From NCBI RefSeq assembly GCF_006345805.1, contig NC_043022.1, positions 14,136,001-14,200,000 of the forward strand: 64,000 nucleotides of DNA, in the 5' to 3' direction. The position numbers and the translations under genes were made by a program. The first letter of the stretch is position 1; each line of letters begins with the position of its first letter. The notes beneath the pieces were generated by a model. The model saw only the letters and a program-made list of their open reading frames with translations. It was not told where the DNA came from and searched no databases. Origin of the DNA: Octopus sinensis (Eukaryota). Below, in pieces: positions 1 through 11,321 of the stretch.

Positions 1-40
1 AACTTCTCCGTTATAAGGATGCAAGCGATCAGGGAATGGA

Positions 41-415
41 TCAGCTTAGTTGTAAGTAGCTTGCTTACCAACCACATGGTTCCGGGTTCAGTCCCACTGC
101 GTGGCACCTTGGGCCAATGTCTTTTGCTATAGCCTCGGGCTGACCAAAGCCTTGGGAATGGATTTGTTAGAAGGAAACTGAAAGAAGCCCGTCGTATATA
201 TGTATTTGTTATTTGTGTCTGTGTTTGTCACCCCCCACCATCACTTGACAACCGATGTTGGTGTGTTTACATGCCCATCACTTAGCGGTTCAGCAAAAAG
301 AGACTGATGGAATAAGTACTAGGCTTACAAAGAATAAGTCCTGGGGTTGATTTGTTCGACTAAAGGCAGTGCTCCAGCATGGCCACAGTCACATGACTGC
401 AACAAGTAAAAGAAT
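41..415 (+). mobile_element. tRNA-derived SINE family A (~400 bp, internal TA/TG microsatellite); representative copy
   Basis: A-box/B-box-like head (TGGCTGTGTGG...GGTTCAGTCCC), CORE-like GGCACCTTGGGCAAGTGTC, conserved tail. Other copies at about 8816-9160(-), 10241-10915, 11443-11845, 14870-15085, 17255-17380(-), 22736-23125, 27968-28390, 37510-37900, 40210-40595(-), 43920-44125, 46900-47390, 47640-48220 (tandem), 51262-51420, 60937-61345, 61792-61960, 62938-63350. Confidence 0.9.
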
Positions 416-1714
416 ACACACACACACATACAATCACACACACACATACAATCACACACACACAATAGATCAAGAATAAAAGAAATGGAATAAAAAAGAG
501 TATAAATTTTATATAGATTTTTAAAATTTTTTATTTTTATTTTTTTTAAAGAAATAGGATTTTGTGAGAATTAAATACTTAAAAAAAAAGAAAAAAAAAG
601 GGTATCAATCCAAAAATCTCCCGAAAGAGACGACCTGCTGTATTAATGTTAATAGAGACATTTAAGAGATAACATTCCTATCACTTCTTCAGAGCTTATT
701 TTAAACTTCTGGAATCTTCCATCGACCAGTCTCTCCATTTCCATTCAATATTTCAAAGAAATGTATTTTTTGAGTAATTTTAGATTTTTTAAAAAATTTA
801 ATTAATTGATTGTAATATAATTTACAGGTAGCAAACTAGCAGAACCGTTAGCATGTCGGACAAACTCGTTAGTGGAATTTCTTCAGGCTCTTTATACTCT
901 GTGTTTAAATCCTGCCAAGGTGAACTTTGCCTTTCATCCTTTACGGGTCGATAAATTAAGTACCAGTTGGACACTGGGGTCAATGTAATTGACTCATCCC
1001 CTCCCACAAAACAGCTGCCCTTGTGGCAAAATTTGAAACCATTATTATCATTATTATTATCATCATTATTATTATTGAGTGAAAGAGCAGCGCATGCCAT
1101 CAAAGTGACACTGGGGTAAAATATACGAAGCCAAGTATACCCATCATGATTACCCATCTAATAAGGGTACACCAGGCACATGCATCAAAACCATATGTGC
1201 AGGACATGGTGATCTTATATCAAGATAAACAGCCCAGTTAGAATTTTCTTCTGGTCGAGTAACCCATCTTGCTCAAAAGGTCCCTGAATAAGGATTGTTT
1301 AAGGATGTTGAATGAACCACCCATGTTTCCAGAGGAGAATTATTCAAACCCCAAAGAATCCCTCTCAAGACATGGCTATGATGCTCCCCCACTAATTTTG
1401 CTCGTGATCAGAGATGCACATATCGTCAGCCACTAAGGGACATGCTCAACTGGTTAAGGTCAAACAACTGACAAGCAAATCTGTGGTATTGAGCAGAATA
1501 TTTGCTGTAGGCCATCTTTTATACCAAGACAAAACAATGTACATGATAACACTTCCAATCAGTTAAAATCAGCAGCCATTATTATTATTGTCATTATTAA
1601 TAATAATAATAATAATAATGACGATGATGATGATAATAATAATAATAATAGTTTTCTATTTTAGTATGTTTTAAATAATGAATCAAAACAGTTGTAAAAC
1701 TCTTGAAATGTAGT

Positions 1715-1757
<43 letters not shown>

Positions 1758-1779
1758 GACGATACTAATATTAATAATG

Positions 1780-1812
<33 letters not shown>

Positions 1813-2644
1813 GTTTCTAATTTAGACAGAAGGTCTGGCGTCTTGAGTGGGAGGGAAGTAGTTGATTATGTCAACTCCACTACTTCGGTGATGACTTGTT
1901 TTACTGACCCAGAGCGGATAAAAGGCAAAGCTGACTGTAGCAAGATTTGAACTCAAAGTGTAAAGAGCTGAAACAACAATCACAAAACCTACTGTCTGAT
2001 GCTCTACTGACTCTGCCAGTCCACTGCCTCTCGGTTGATTTATAAGCAAAGGAAACCATTCTGAGAATCAATCTCAAATTTAACATTGAAACATTAAATG
2101 TGAATTTGATATTGCAAATTTAAAAGAACTGAAAAACAAAAAAAAAAAAACAACTCCAAAGCAAAAACACTTTGGTGTTAATTAGATATAGTTTTAATTG
2201 AAATTATAAAGAATTTTGGTGAAGATTGAAATTATAAAGAATTTTGGTGAAGATTGAAATAATCGTAGTGTATATATATTCATCATTTTACATTTGTTCG
2301 TTAGAAGAGAAACATCTTGAGGCATTCCTTAATGGAATGTTCTGTCGGAATATTGTTACCATTTCGTGGCATTTAATGGTTAAAATTATAAAGAATTTTG
2401 GTGAAGATTCAAAGAATTGCAGTACAGATATACTCTTTATTTTATTTTTTTTTGTTTTTTCTTTAAAAGAAGAATGATATTGGTTTATGGCCATAATTTG
2501 AGGCATCCCTTCACGGAATGGTTTGGATATTCCGTTTGAAGGCCAAGAGTGTGGGTCTGGCTCTGCACAAACCATGCCTGCTATAATATTTATCACGAAG
2601 ATTGTTCAGCAAACCACGACTCCATCGTACTTTCTTCATAAGGA

Positions 2645-3415
2645 TAGTTAAGCACTTGGCTGTGGCTCAGAGGGTCAGCGTATTCAGCTCACGATCGTAA
2701 AGTCGTGAGTTCAATTCTCGGTGACACATTGTGTCCTTGAGCAAGACACTTTATTTCACGTTGCTTCAGTCCATTCAGCTGGCAAAAATGAGTCGTACCT
2801 GTAAATTCAAAGGGATCAGCCTTATTTCTTTACTACCCACAAGGGGATAAACATAGAGGGGACAAACTAGGACAGACAAACAGATTAAGTCGATTATATC
2901 GACCCCAGTGCGTAACTGGTACTTATTTAATCAACCCCCGAAAAGATGAAAGGCAAAGTCGACCTCGACGGAATTTGAACTCAGAATGTAGCAGCAGACG
3001 AAATACCTATTTCTTTACTACCCACAAGGGGCTAAACACAGAGGGGACAAACAAGGACAAACGGATTAAGTCGATTATATTGACCCCAATGCATAACTGG
3101 TACTTATTTAATCGACCCCGAAAGAATGAAAGGCAAAGTCGACCTGAGCAGAATTTGAACTCAGAACGTAGCAGCAGACAAATTATCGCGAAGCATTTTG
3201 CCCGGCGTGCTAACGTTTCTGCCAGCTCGCCACCTTAAGGGGTCAGCCTTTTCATGTTCTGTGTCATGCTAAATCTCCCTGAGAACTACATTAAGGGTAC
3301 ACGTGTCTGTGGAGTATTCAGCCACTTTCATGTTAATTTCACAAGGGGGCTATTCCATTGATCTGTTCAACTGGAACCCTCGTCGTCGTAACCAATGGAC
3401 GGCCAGTTCCTCATA
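2645..3415 (+). mobile_element. tRNA-derived SINE family E (GTGTCCTTGAGCAAGACAC core), split by the family-B insertion
   Basis: tRNA-like head at 2655-2725 plus core; continues after 3236. Related minus copies at about 39590-39960 and 46295-46620; tail also at 40930-41100. Confidence 0.7.
2823..3236 (-). mobile_element. tRNA-derived SINE family B, head-to-tail dimer, inserted into a family-E SINE
   Basis: Two ~185-bp units; imperfect 14-bp TSD AAGGGATCAGCCTT / AAGGGGTCAGCCTT. Core GCCTTTCATCCTTTCGGGGTCGATAAATTAAGTACCAG. Other copies at about 840-1040, 22470-22690, 23225-23670, 24270-24460, 25380-25575, 26585-26990, 30295-30410, 44262-44400(+), 46745-46890(+), 49705-50180(+), 54640-54860. Confidence 0.85.
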
Positions 3416-4961
3416 AGTTCACTGGCATCATGGAAAGAAGCAACGACAGGCCACCTTTGGGTGATGGTCATTTTTCACAATCCTATATGGCACGGCTGCC
3501 TCTTGCCAAACCTTCACTCATTGAAGCACCGAAAGAGGCCATCATTCTGTTTCATAATTTAACATTGTAGTGGAAGACAAGAGTAAAAATTATAAAGAAT
3601 TTTGGGTGAAGACTGAAATAATTGCCCCAGCATGGCCACAGTTCATTAGCTGAAACTGGAAAATCAAAATCAAAATTATGGTTTATAATAATTTTTGCTT
3701 TCATTTGTTTTTCAGAAGAGAAACGACAGAGAATAATGATGACATTTTGGGTCCTGCCTGTAAAGGGACCGACTCTTTAAAGGGATCTAAATCAAAACCG
3801 TCTGCCAAGATTTCATGTTAATTTATGCTTCAAAAGATCATGTTAATAACGACAAAGTTATTTTTATTAAATTCTTCTTATTTTCAAAATTGTAACAAAC
3901 GCAGTGTATTTCGGCACAAATATGGTAACAAAAGGGTTAAAGTGATCTAATTTAAAACACTGCATCAAAATTTCATGTTTCAAATACCATCTTAATAACA
4001 ACAAAGTTATTTAAATAAATTCTTCATTATTTACAAAATTAATTGAAACAAAATCAGAGTATTTCAACAGAAAAATGGTAACAAATGGGTTAAAATGATT
4101 AAAATTAAAACCCTCCATCAAAGTTGCATGCTAATTTGTGTTTCAAATACCAGATCAATAATTTCAAAGTTATTTTACTAAATCCTTCTTTATTTTTAGA
4201 ATTCCTCAATGAAACGGTCGGGTTCTGTTAGGTTAACATTTAACTCTCGTGGTGCCGATTAAATTCTTTTACACTAACATGCAAATATTAAATTAATTTG
4301 TTAAAATTGGCTAGAATTGACATAACCATGTTATGTACACAAATATTAAGAGCTAAAACATTTTTTTTTCATCATCGAAAATGAATTAACCAAAAGTGTC
4401 CTTGATTCCTGCACAGTCGGAGTCGGAGTGAATGGAGAAGAAATATAAATTGCATTTCTGAGGAAAAGAATGGCCAGAGATTATAACTTCATAGTTGGAG
4501 GAAAGGTTAAAAAAAAAAAAAGGAAAAAAAGAAGGTTCTGCTGGACTGGAAATTATGATATGATAGCTTAACGATTTACCACAATTAGAGTTTTATTAGT
4601 TTGAGGCAGAAAAATTATGGGAGAAAAGTACCAAATAATTTGATTATGAAGTGAAAAATGGAAGAGAAGAGGAAGTAAAGAGCAAGTGATTAACACTATA
4701 AATAATCTAAATTAAAACCTTTGATCAAAAATTTATGTTAATCTATGTTAATTTATGTTAATTTATGTTCTAAATACCAGATTAAGAGTTTCCAAGCTAT
4801 TTTACTAAATCCTTCATTATTTTTGGAATAAATTGAAGCAAAGGTAGAGTATTTCAACTGAAATACTGTAACAGAAATGTTATACTTGAAAAAAGTGTAT
4901 TTTAAGAACATCTTGGATAAAACGGTTCTTTATTTAAGAGATGGGGAACCATGTAAACTAT

Positions 4962-5059
4962 TTACATTATTTACATTTGATGGATATTTGTCCTCATCTT
5001 GTTTGTTGTTAACACAACGTTTCGGCTGATATACCCTCCAGTTCGATTCCAGCCAGTGG

Positions 5060-5116
<57 letters not shown>

Positions 5117-5260
5117 CATCGAGAAATACCTTAGGAATTAGAACCCTGGTTTAAAATTTTCCCAAGACACCTGATGAAGGCTGGAGAGTACATCAGCCGA
5201 AACGTTGTGTTAACAACAAACAAGATGAGGACAAATATCCGTCAAATGTAAATAATGTAA
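4962..5260 (+). mobile_element. 5'-truncated tRNA-type SINE / Penelope-like element remnant with an inverted 80-bp terminal duplication and HHR
   Basis: 4962-5041 is the reverse complement of 5181-5260 (few mismatches). Perfect B-box GTTCGATTCC at 5041-5050, then an (AAT)n tract, then the HHR. Confidence 0.7.
5166..5211 (+). ncRNA. Minimal type I hammerhead ribozyme motif
   Basis: GACAC-CTGATGA-A-GGCTG(10-nt loop)CAGCC-GAAA-CGTT^GTGTT: stem I (5 bp, 1 GU), intact core with an extra A after A9, stem II (5 bp), palindromic AACGTT stem III, GUU cleavage triplet. Confidence 0.75.
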
Positions 5261-5901
5261 GTAGTGAATCTTGCATAAATATTGCCATGTTATAGAAGTT
5301 TTTTTTTTCTTTAAAGATGTAGATGCAGCTGTGTAGGTAAGTGGTATGCTTTGTAACAACATGGTTTCAGGTTCAATCTCAGTGTATGGCACTTTGGGTA
5401 AGTGCTTTCTACAATAGCCTGCAGCCAACCAATGCTTTGTAAATAAATATGATAGACAAAAACATACATATATACATATACATTTATGCATACATAGACA
5501 CACCACATATACACCTCCCTACACACACACACATACACATATATATATATATAATTCAGTTAGAGGTTATGTTAGCCTCATGAAGGGATGGTGCCATCCT
5601 AGGAAATACTGGTTCAATGCCTAATATTTTTGGAGGAATTGATTTCCTTAAAATAATAGGTTTGAATATAAACTGTAGTTTATATTCAGGGGAAGGAAAA
5701 AAAGAAGAAAATAGAAATTATAAACAAACATACATAATATCTAGGGGTATATTTCTTTTCTCCCTAAAGAGATTATGCACACAATGTAATATTTAATCAA
5801 GTTCACAGTCTATCATTGAAACAGATGCAAGGGATAATGATTGATTTGTTGCTGATAATAAACTCTTATAATTTTTAAAATCTCCATTTTCTTCTTTCTT
5901 C

Positions 5902-5948
<47 letters not shown>

Positions 5949-6025
5949 GTTATAAGAGATAATGGTGTCCTTGAGACTCAAAGGTGTCAGGTAATCTAAA
6001 CTATGGCTTAACCATCCTCTCACAC

Positions 6026-6080
6026 CATCTCCGATGAAGGGATATTATTAATTACTATCCTAGAAACAGCTGTTAAGACC
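6026..6080 (+). ncRNA. Degenerate hammerhead-like motif in a Penelope-like remnant
   Basis: CATCT-CCGATGA-A-GGGATA...TATCCT-A-GAAAC-AGCT-GTTA-AGAC; palindromic AACAGCTGTT stem III. Confidence 0.4.
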
Positions 6081-6282
6081 TTCTATCTATAAATGTTCTA
6101 ATATCTATACAGCCTTGGTTTTTTATCTTATTACGCAAAAAATTCTGATATATATACATATACATATATAAAGTTCAATGAAATTTAGATTTAGTTGAAT
6201 ATGGTACTTAAGTTAAAGACACCAGAATTTAGTATGGTATTATCCATATAATTCGAAATGTGGTGATTATTTTTATATATAT

Positions 6283-6312
<30 letters not shown>

Positions 6313-6313
<1 letters not shown>

Positions 6314-6669
6314 CTATATATAAACGGCAGTTTGTCTGTGTGTGTGTCTGTCAGGTTGTACCCTCACCCTGACCATGGCTTTCAACCGATTCTGATGAAA
6401 CTTGACACACACATAGCCCAATGTCATAATTCAAAACTAACGCAGCGAAAATTTTGAAAAGTTCCCCGTTCTGAAAAAAATCGATAAATTCGATATGGGG
6501 TCGAGAATCAGAAACACAAACCACAGACTGTCTAGGGGACGCAACTCGACCTTTTTAACTCAAAAAAAATTTACCGTAATTTTTTTCCCATTTTTTGGCT
6601 ATAACTCTCTAAAAATGCTTTATAGTTATTTCCCTTACAAACCCGAGCAACGCCGGTTGATACTGCTAG
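6313..6669 (+). mobile_element. Non-autonomous Helitron
   Basis: 5' TCTATATATAAA; internal AACCGATTCTGATGAAACTT; 3' hairpin CCCGAGCAACGCCGG then CTAG, inserted between A and T. Confidence 0.8.
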
Positions 6670-7060
6670 TATATATATATATATATGTATGTATATACAC
6701 ACACACACACACACATATATATCATCATTCACTTTCCATGCTGGCATGGGTTGGACGGTTTAACAGAAGACAGGCAAGCCAGAAGGTTGTACCAGGCTCC
6801 AATCTGATCTGGAAAGATTTCTACACACACACACACACATATACATATGTGTGTGTGTGTGTATAATTAAGAATTAATATTTGGGTAGAGTCCTTGTAGT
6901 GTGCCATTTAAAGCCTGTCCACAGTATTTGGCTATCTGATGTCAACAACAGTATGTGGTTATGTGCCACTGGATTTACTTCAGGAATTTCCTTTGTGTCT
7001 GTCAAGTTTATAAAATATATGAGAAAAAGAAACTGTAATTCACAACATGTTTTATTATTC

Positions 7061-7422
7061 ACTCGCACTATGACCCGGCGTTGCCGGGCCATAGTGCTAG
7101 TGCATGCATATACAGCTGTGTGCATGTGCACATACACGCGAGTCCTGTCCAAATCTCCAACCAATCACATACAGCTAGCTGGCATTCAATCGGCGTATCA
7201 AGTTTCGGGCATTTTGATTGGGTTTTGGATAGAAAATTCACAAAAATGTCACTTCTATTGATTTTTTTAATGGCTTTTTAATGGGGTGACTGGGGAAATG
7301 TAAGGATGTGCACGACCACCCTTGGACGGTTTTGAATGACCATAGAAAGTGCGAACCCTTTAACTGAAAAATTGTGGATTTGTATAAAGGACACACACAC
7401 AGACATTTTGCCATTTATATAT
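7061..7422 (-). mobile_element. Non-autonomous Helitron with a 41-bp terminal palindrome
   Basis: Palindrome ACTCGCACTATGACCCGGCGTTGCCGGGCCATAGTGCTAGT at 7061-7101; the other end resembles the 5' end of 6313-6669. Confidence 0.7.
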
Positions 7423-7730
7423 CCTTAAATCCTTAAAAATGTTTTAGCCCGAAGGCCGCGGCCATGCTGGGGCACCGCCGCTGTAGAGATTATATATAGA
7501 GATTACAATTGTTTCAACAGGTTGGGTATCTTTATCTCCCTGCTGAGATGCTGTACACACAGGTGTTGTGCATCGAAGGTTGAGAAGTGTCTCATCAGGT
7601 GATTTGTCAAAAGGTACCTCGTTTTACTAAAATATCTGTTTTGCATATTTCGATTAAAAGACATTTTGGTAGTTTTAGTGAGTTACTTGTCTACGTAAGG
7701 AACTGATTAACAATGTAGAATTCATCTCAT

Positions 7731-8712
7731 TTGACCCTTTTGTTACCAACCTGGCTGAAACTGACCCTGGCTCTGTAGTACAAATGTCTTGTTTTCAAAA
7801 GTTTTGAATTAAAATCTTCCACCAAACCTTAGTCACAATTCATGTTCCTAAAACCAGCTTAATGATAACTAAATTATTTTACTAAATTCTTTGTTATATT
7901 TAAAATTAATTAAAAGAAACACAGAGCAACTCAACCGAAATAGGGTAACAAAAAGGTTAAAATATATAATAGAGAAACAATTCTTAACCCTTTCGATACC
8001 AACCCAGCTGAAACCAGCCCTGGCTCTGTAGTACAAATGTCTTGTTTTCATAAGTTTTGAATTAAAATCTTCCACCAAACCTTAGTCACAATTTATGTTC
8101 CTAACACTAGCTCAATGATAACTAAGTTATTTTACTAAATTCTTTGTTAGATTTTCAAGTAATTGAAAGAAACACAGAGCATCTCAAGATAAACACAGTA
8201 GTGAAAGGGTTAAAATATATAATAGAGAAACAATTCTTAACTCTTTTGATACCAACCTGGCTGAAACCGGGTCTGAGTACAAATGTCTTGTTTCCATAAG
8301 TTTTGAATTAAAATCTTCCTCCAAATCTTAGTCACAATTTATGTTCCTAACACTAGCTTAATGATAACTAAGTTATTTTACTAAATTCTTTGTTATATTT
8401 AAAATTAATTAAAAGAAACACAGAGCAACTCAACCGAAATAGGGTAACAAAAAGGTTAAAATATATAATAGAGAAACAATTCTTAACCCTTTCATTACCA
8501 ACCTGACTGAAACCAATTCTGGCTCTGTACTACAAATGTCTTGTTTTTATAAGTTTTGAATTAAAATCTTCCACCAAACCTTACTCACAATTTATGTTCT
8601 TAACACTAGCTGAATGGTAACTAAGTTATTTTACTAAATTCTTTGTTATATTTAAAATTAATTGAAAGAAACACAGAGCATCTCAACAGAAATAGGGTAA
8701 CAAAAGGGTTAA
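7731..8712. mobile_element. Tandem array of four piggyBac-type MITEs
   Basis: Each unit TTAA-CCCTTT..TACC ... GGTAACAAAAGGG-TTAA; identical 23-bp spacer AATATATAATAGAGAAACAATTC at all three junctions; periods 253/253/246 bp. Related partial copies at ~3765-4210 and 4710-4880. Confidence 0.8.
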
Positions 8713-9537
8713 AACAATAAGGTGACTTACAATGAATCAAAAAATGATAATGAAAGTAAAATATTTAAAAAAAGGGATCAAATTATATGTTTTATAGTGG
8801 TATTTTGTTTTACCCTTTTTTACTTGTTTCAGTCATTTGACTGTAGCCATGCTGGAGAATCGTCTTTAGTCAAACAAATCGACCCCAGTACTTATTCCTT
8901 ATGAGCCTAGTACTTACTCTATCAGTCTCTTTTGCTGAACTGCCAAGTTACGGGGACATAAACACAAGAACATTGGTTGTCAAGCGAGGGGGACACACAC
9001 ACACATATGTACATGATGGGCTTCTTTCAGTTTCCATCTACCAAATGGCTTTGGCCAGCTTGAGGCTATAGTAGAAGACACTTGCCCAAGGTGCCACACA
9101 GTGGGACTGAACCCAAAACCATGTGGTTGGGAAGCAAGCATCTTACCACACAGCTACTCCTACCCTGACTGAAATTTCATTAAATAAAACCATAAAACAA
9201 CCATGCAATCAGAATTGAACAAAAACAACCGGACATTTAAATTGTCCTAAGCTGACCTAAATTGTTTGTTTCCTGGAAATGAAAAGGTCAGCTTAGGTCA
9301 ATTTGGTTTAGGTCAGTTGCTTTTGTTCTAGTTTTATTAAAACTAGAAGTACCGTGCGGTCATTCACGGTTGCCTTTGCTTTTTAGTTTTTTAAATTTCT
9401 ACAACTGACCTGAAAGTGAAATCCACAGCATCATTTCATATAAGATCTTCCCAGACCCCGGTCAAACCGTACAACCCGTGCTAGCACGGAAAACAGACGT
9501 TAAACGACTATGATGATGATGTATATATATATGGATG

Positions 9538-9586
<49 letters not shown>

Positions 9587-9762
9587 ATGTGTATATATGT
9601 ATATATATATATATACATGTATATATGTTTTACATATAGGTATTTATATGTATATATACATATATATATGAGTGTATATATATGTATATATATAGATACA
9701 TGTGTATATATATATATATAGACACACATGTATCTATCTATATATATATATACCTATACATA

Positions 9763-9793
<31 letters not shown>

Positions 9794-10413
9794 GTAGATA
9801 TATATGTGCATTTATATATGTATATATATACAATAAATTCAGGGTGACTACTTGATAAATATATACATATGTATATATGTATATATATATATATATATAT
9901 ACACACACATATATGTATGTATATATATATATGTATATATATATATATTCATATATACATATATAAATTCACACTCACACACATACCTATATGGGTGGTA
10001 GTATCACAAATAAAGGTCACTCAGTGCACTTTGTGAAGGGTTTAGCATTTGGAAGGACATCTAACCGTGAAATCCTTGACCCCAGAATACATAGTGGAAT
10101 GTAGTGCAGTCTGCCCCTGGCCTTACCAGCTCTGTGATCAAAACATCCACCCATGCCAGCATAGAAAACAAACGCTAAATGACGATGACGACGATGGTGA
10201 TGGTGGTAATGATGATGATATACACGTATATACATGTATAGGCGTAGGAGTGGCTGTGTGGTAAGTAGCTTGCTTACCAACCACACGGTTCCGGTTTCAG
10301 TCCCACTGCGTGGCACCTTGGGCAAGTGTTTTCTACTATAGCCTCGGGCCGACCAAAGCCTTATGAGTGGAATAGGTAGGTGGGGAAACTGAAAGAAGCC
10401 TGTCGTATATATA

Positions 10414-10463
<50 letters not shown>

Positions 10464-10487
10464 TATATATATATATAGTTAATCCAA

Positions 10488-10677
10488 ACAAGAAAGACAA
10501 AGACATAACAAAGCGAGGATGTGGAACAAATATAGTATTATTGGACGCTTAGGAAAGAAGGAAGGTTTAACGTTTCGAGTGGAGCTCTTCATCGGAAACA
10601 TAGGAGAAGGAAAGATCCAGAGAAGGGAAGACAGAGGAAAAAAAAAAAATCGCCAACGGTACACACGCGGTTACATT
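10488..10677 (-). mobile_element. ~190-bp Penelope-like mini element (family HH-A) with HHR-like motif at 10565-10599
   Basis: Shares sequence with 16248-16400 and 29678-29866. Minus strand reads GTTT-CCGATGA-A-GAGCTCCACTC-GAAACGTT-AAAC. Inserted in the (TA)n tract of a SINE. Confidence 0.65.
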
Positions 10678-11268
10678 TTGAATGATGTGTGTGTGTGTTT
10701 GTGTGTCTGTGTTTATCCCCCCAACATCGCTTGACAACCGATGCTGGTATGTTTACGTCCCCGTAACTTAGCGGTTCGGCAAAAAGGAGACCGATAGAAT
10801 AAGTACCAGGCTTACAAAGAATAAGTCCTGGGGGTCGATTTGCTCGACTAAAAGGCGGTGCTCCAGCATGGCCGCAGTCAAATGACTGAAACAAGTAAAA
10901 AAGTAAAAGAGTAAAGAGTATGAAATGAACCAGGATGTATTCTCGAAAAATATTCTTAATTACGTGAAGCTGACGTAATTAAAACAATTGTGTCGCGTAT
11001 CTCCGTTTTCATTTCTTCCCATGAGTACTCTGTGGCCTGTCTAGACATGGATACCAGGAAAAGGATGCTTGCAACACAAAATATGCGTTGTCTTTGTGAT
11101 TCTCTCTTCCAGGTATGCATAAGCATGTATGTGATATACATCAGATATATACACACATATATATATATATATATGTATATATATGTGCGTGTATGTGTGT
11201 GAGCATGGTTATAACCTTAGGTTGAAAGAAAAGAATAAAAGAATGTATGTGTATATATATTATATATA

Positions 11269-11321
<53 letters not shown>

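Noticed and set aside
6385-6402. CTGATGAAAC as a ribozyme core
   Set aside because: Part of the standard internal Helitron motif AACCGATT.TGATGAAA; no stems.
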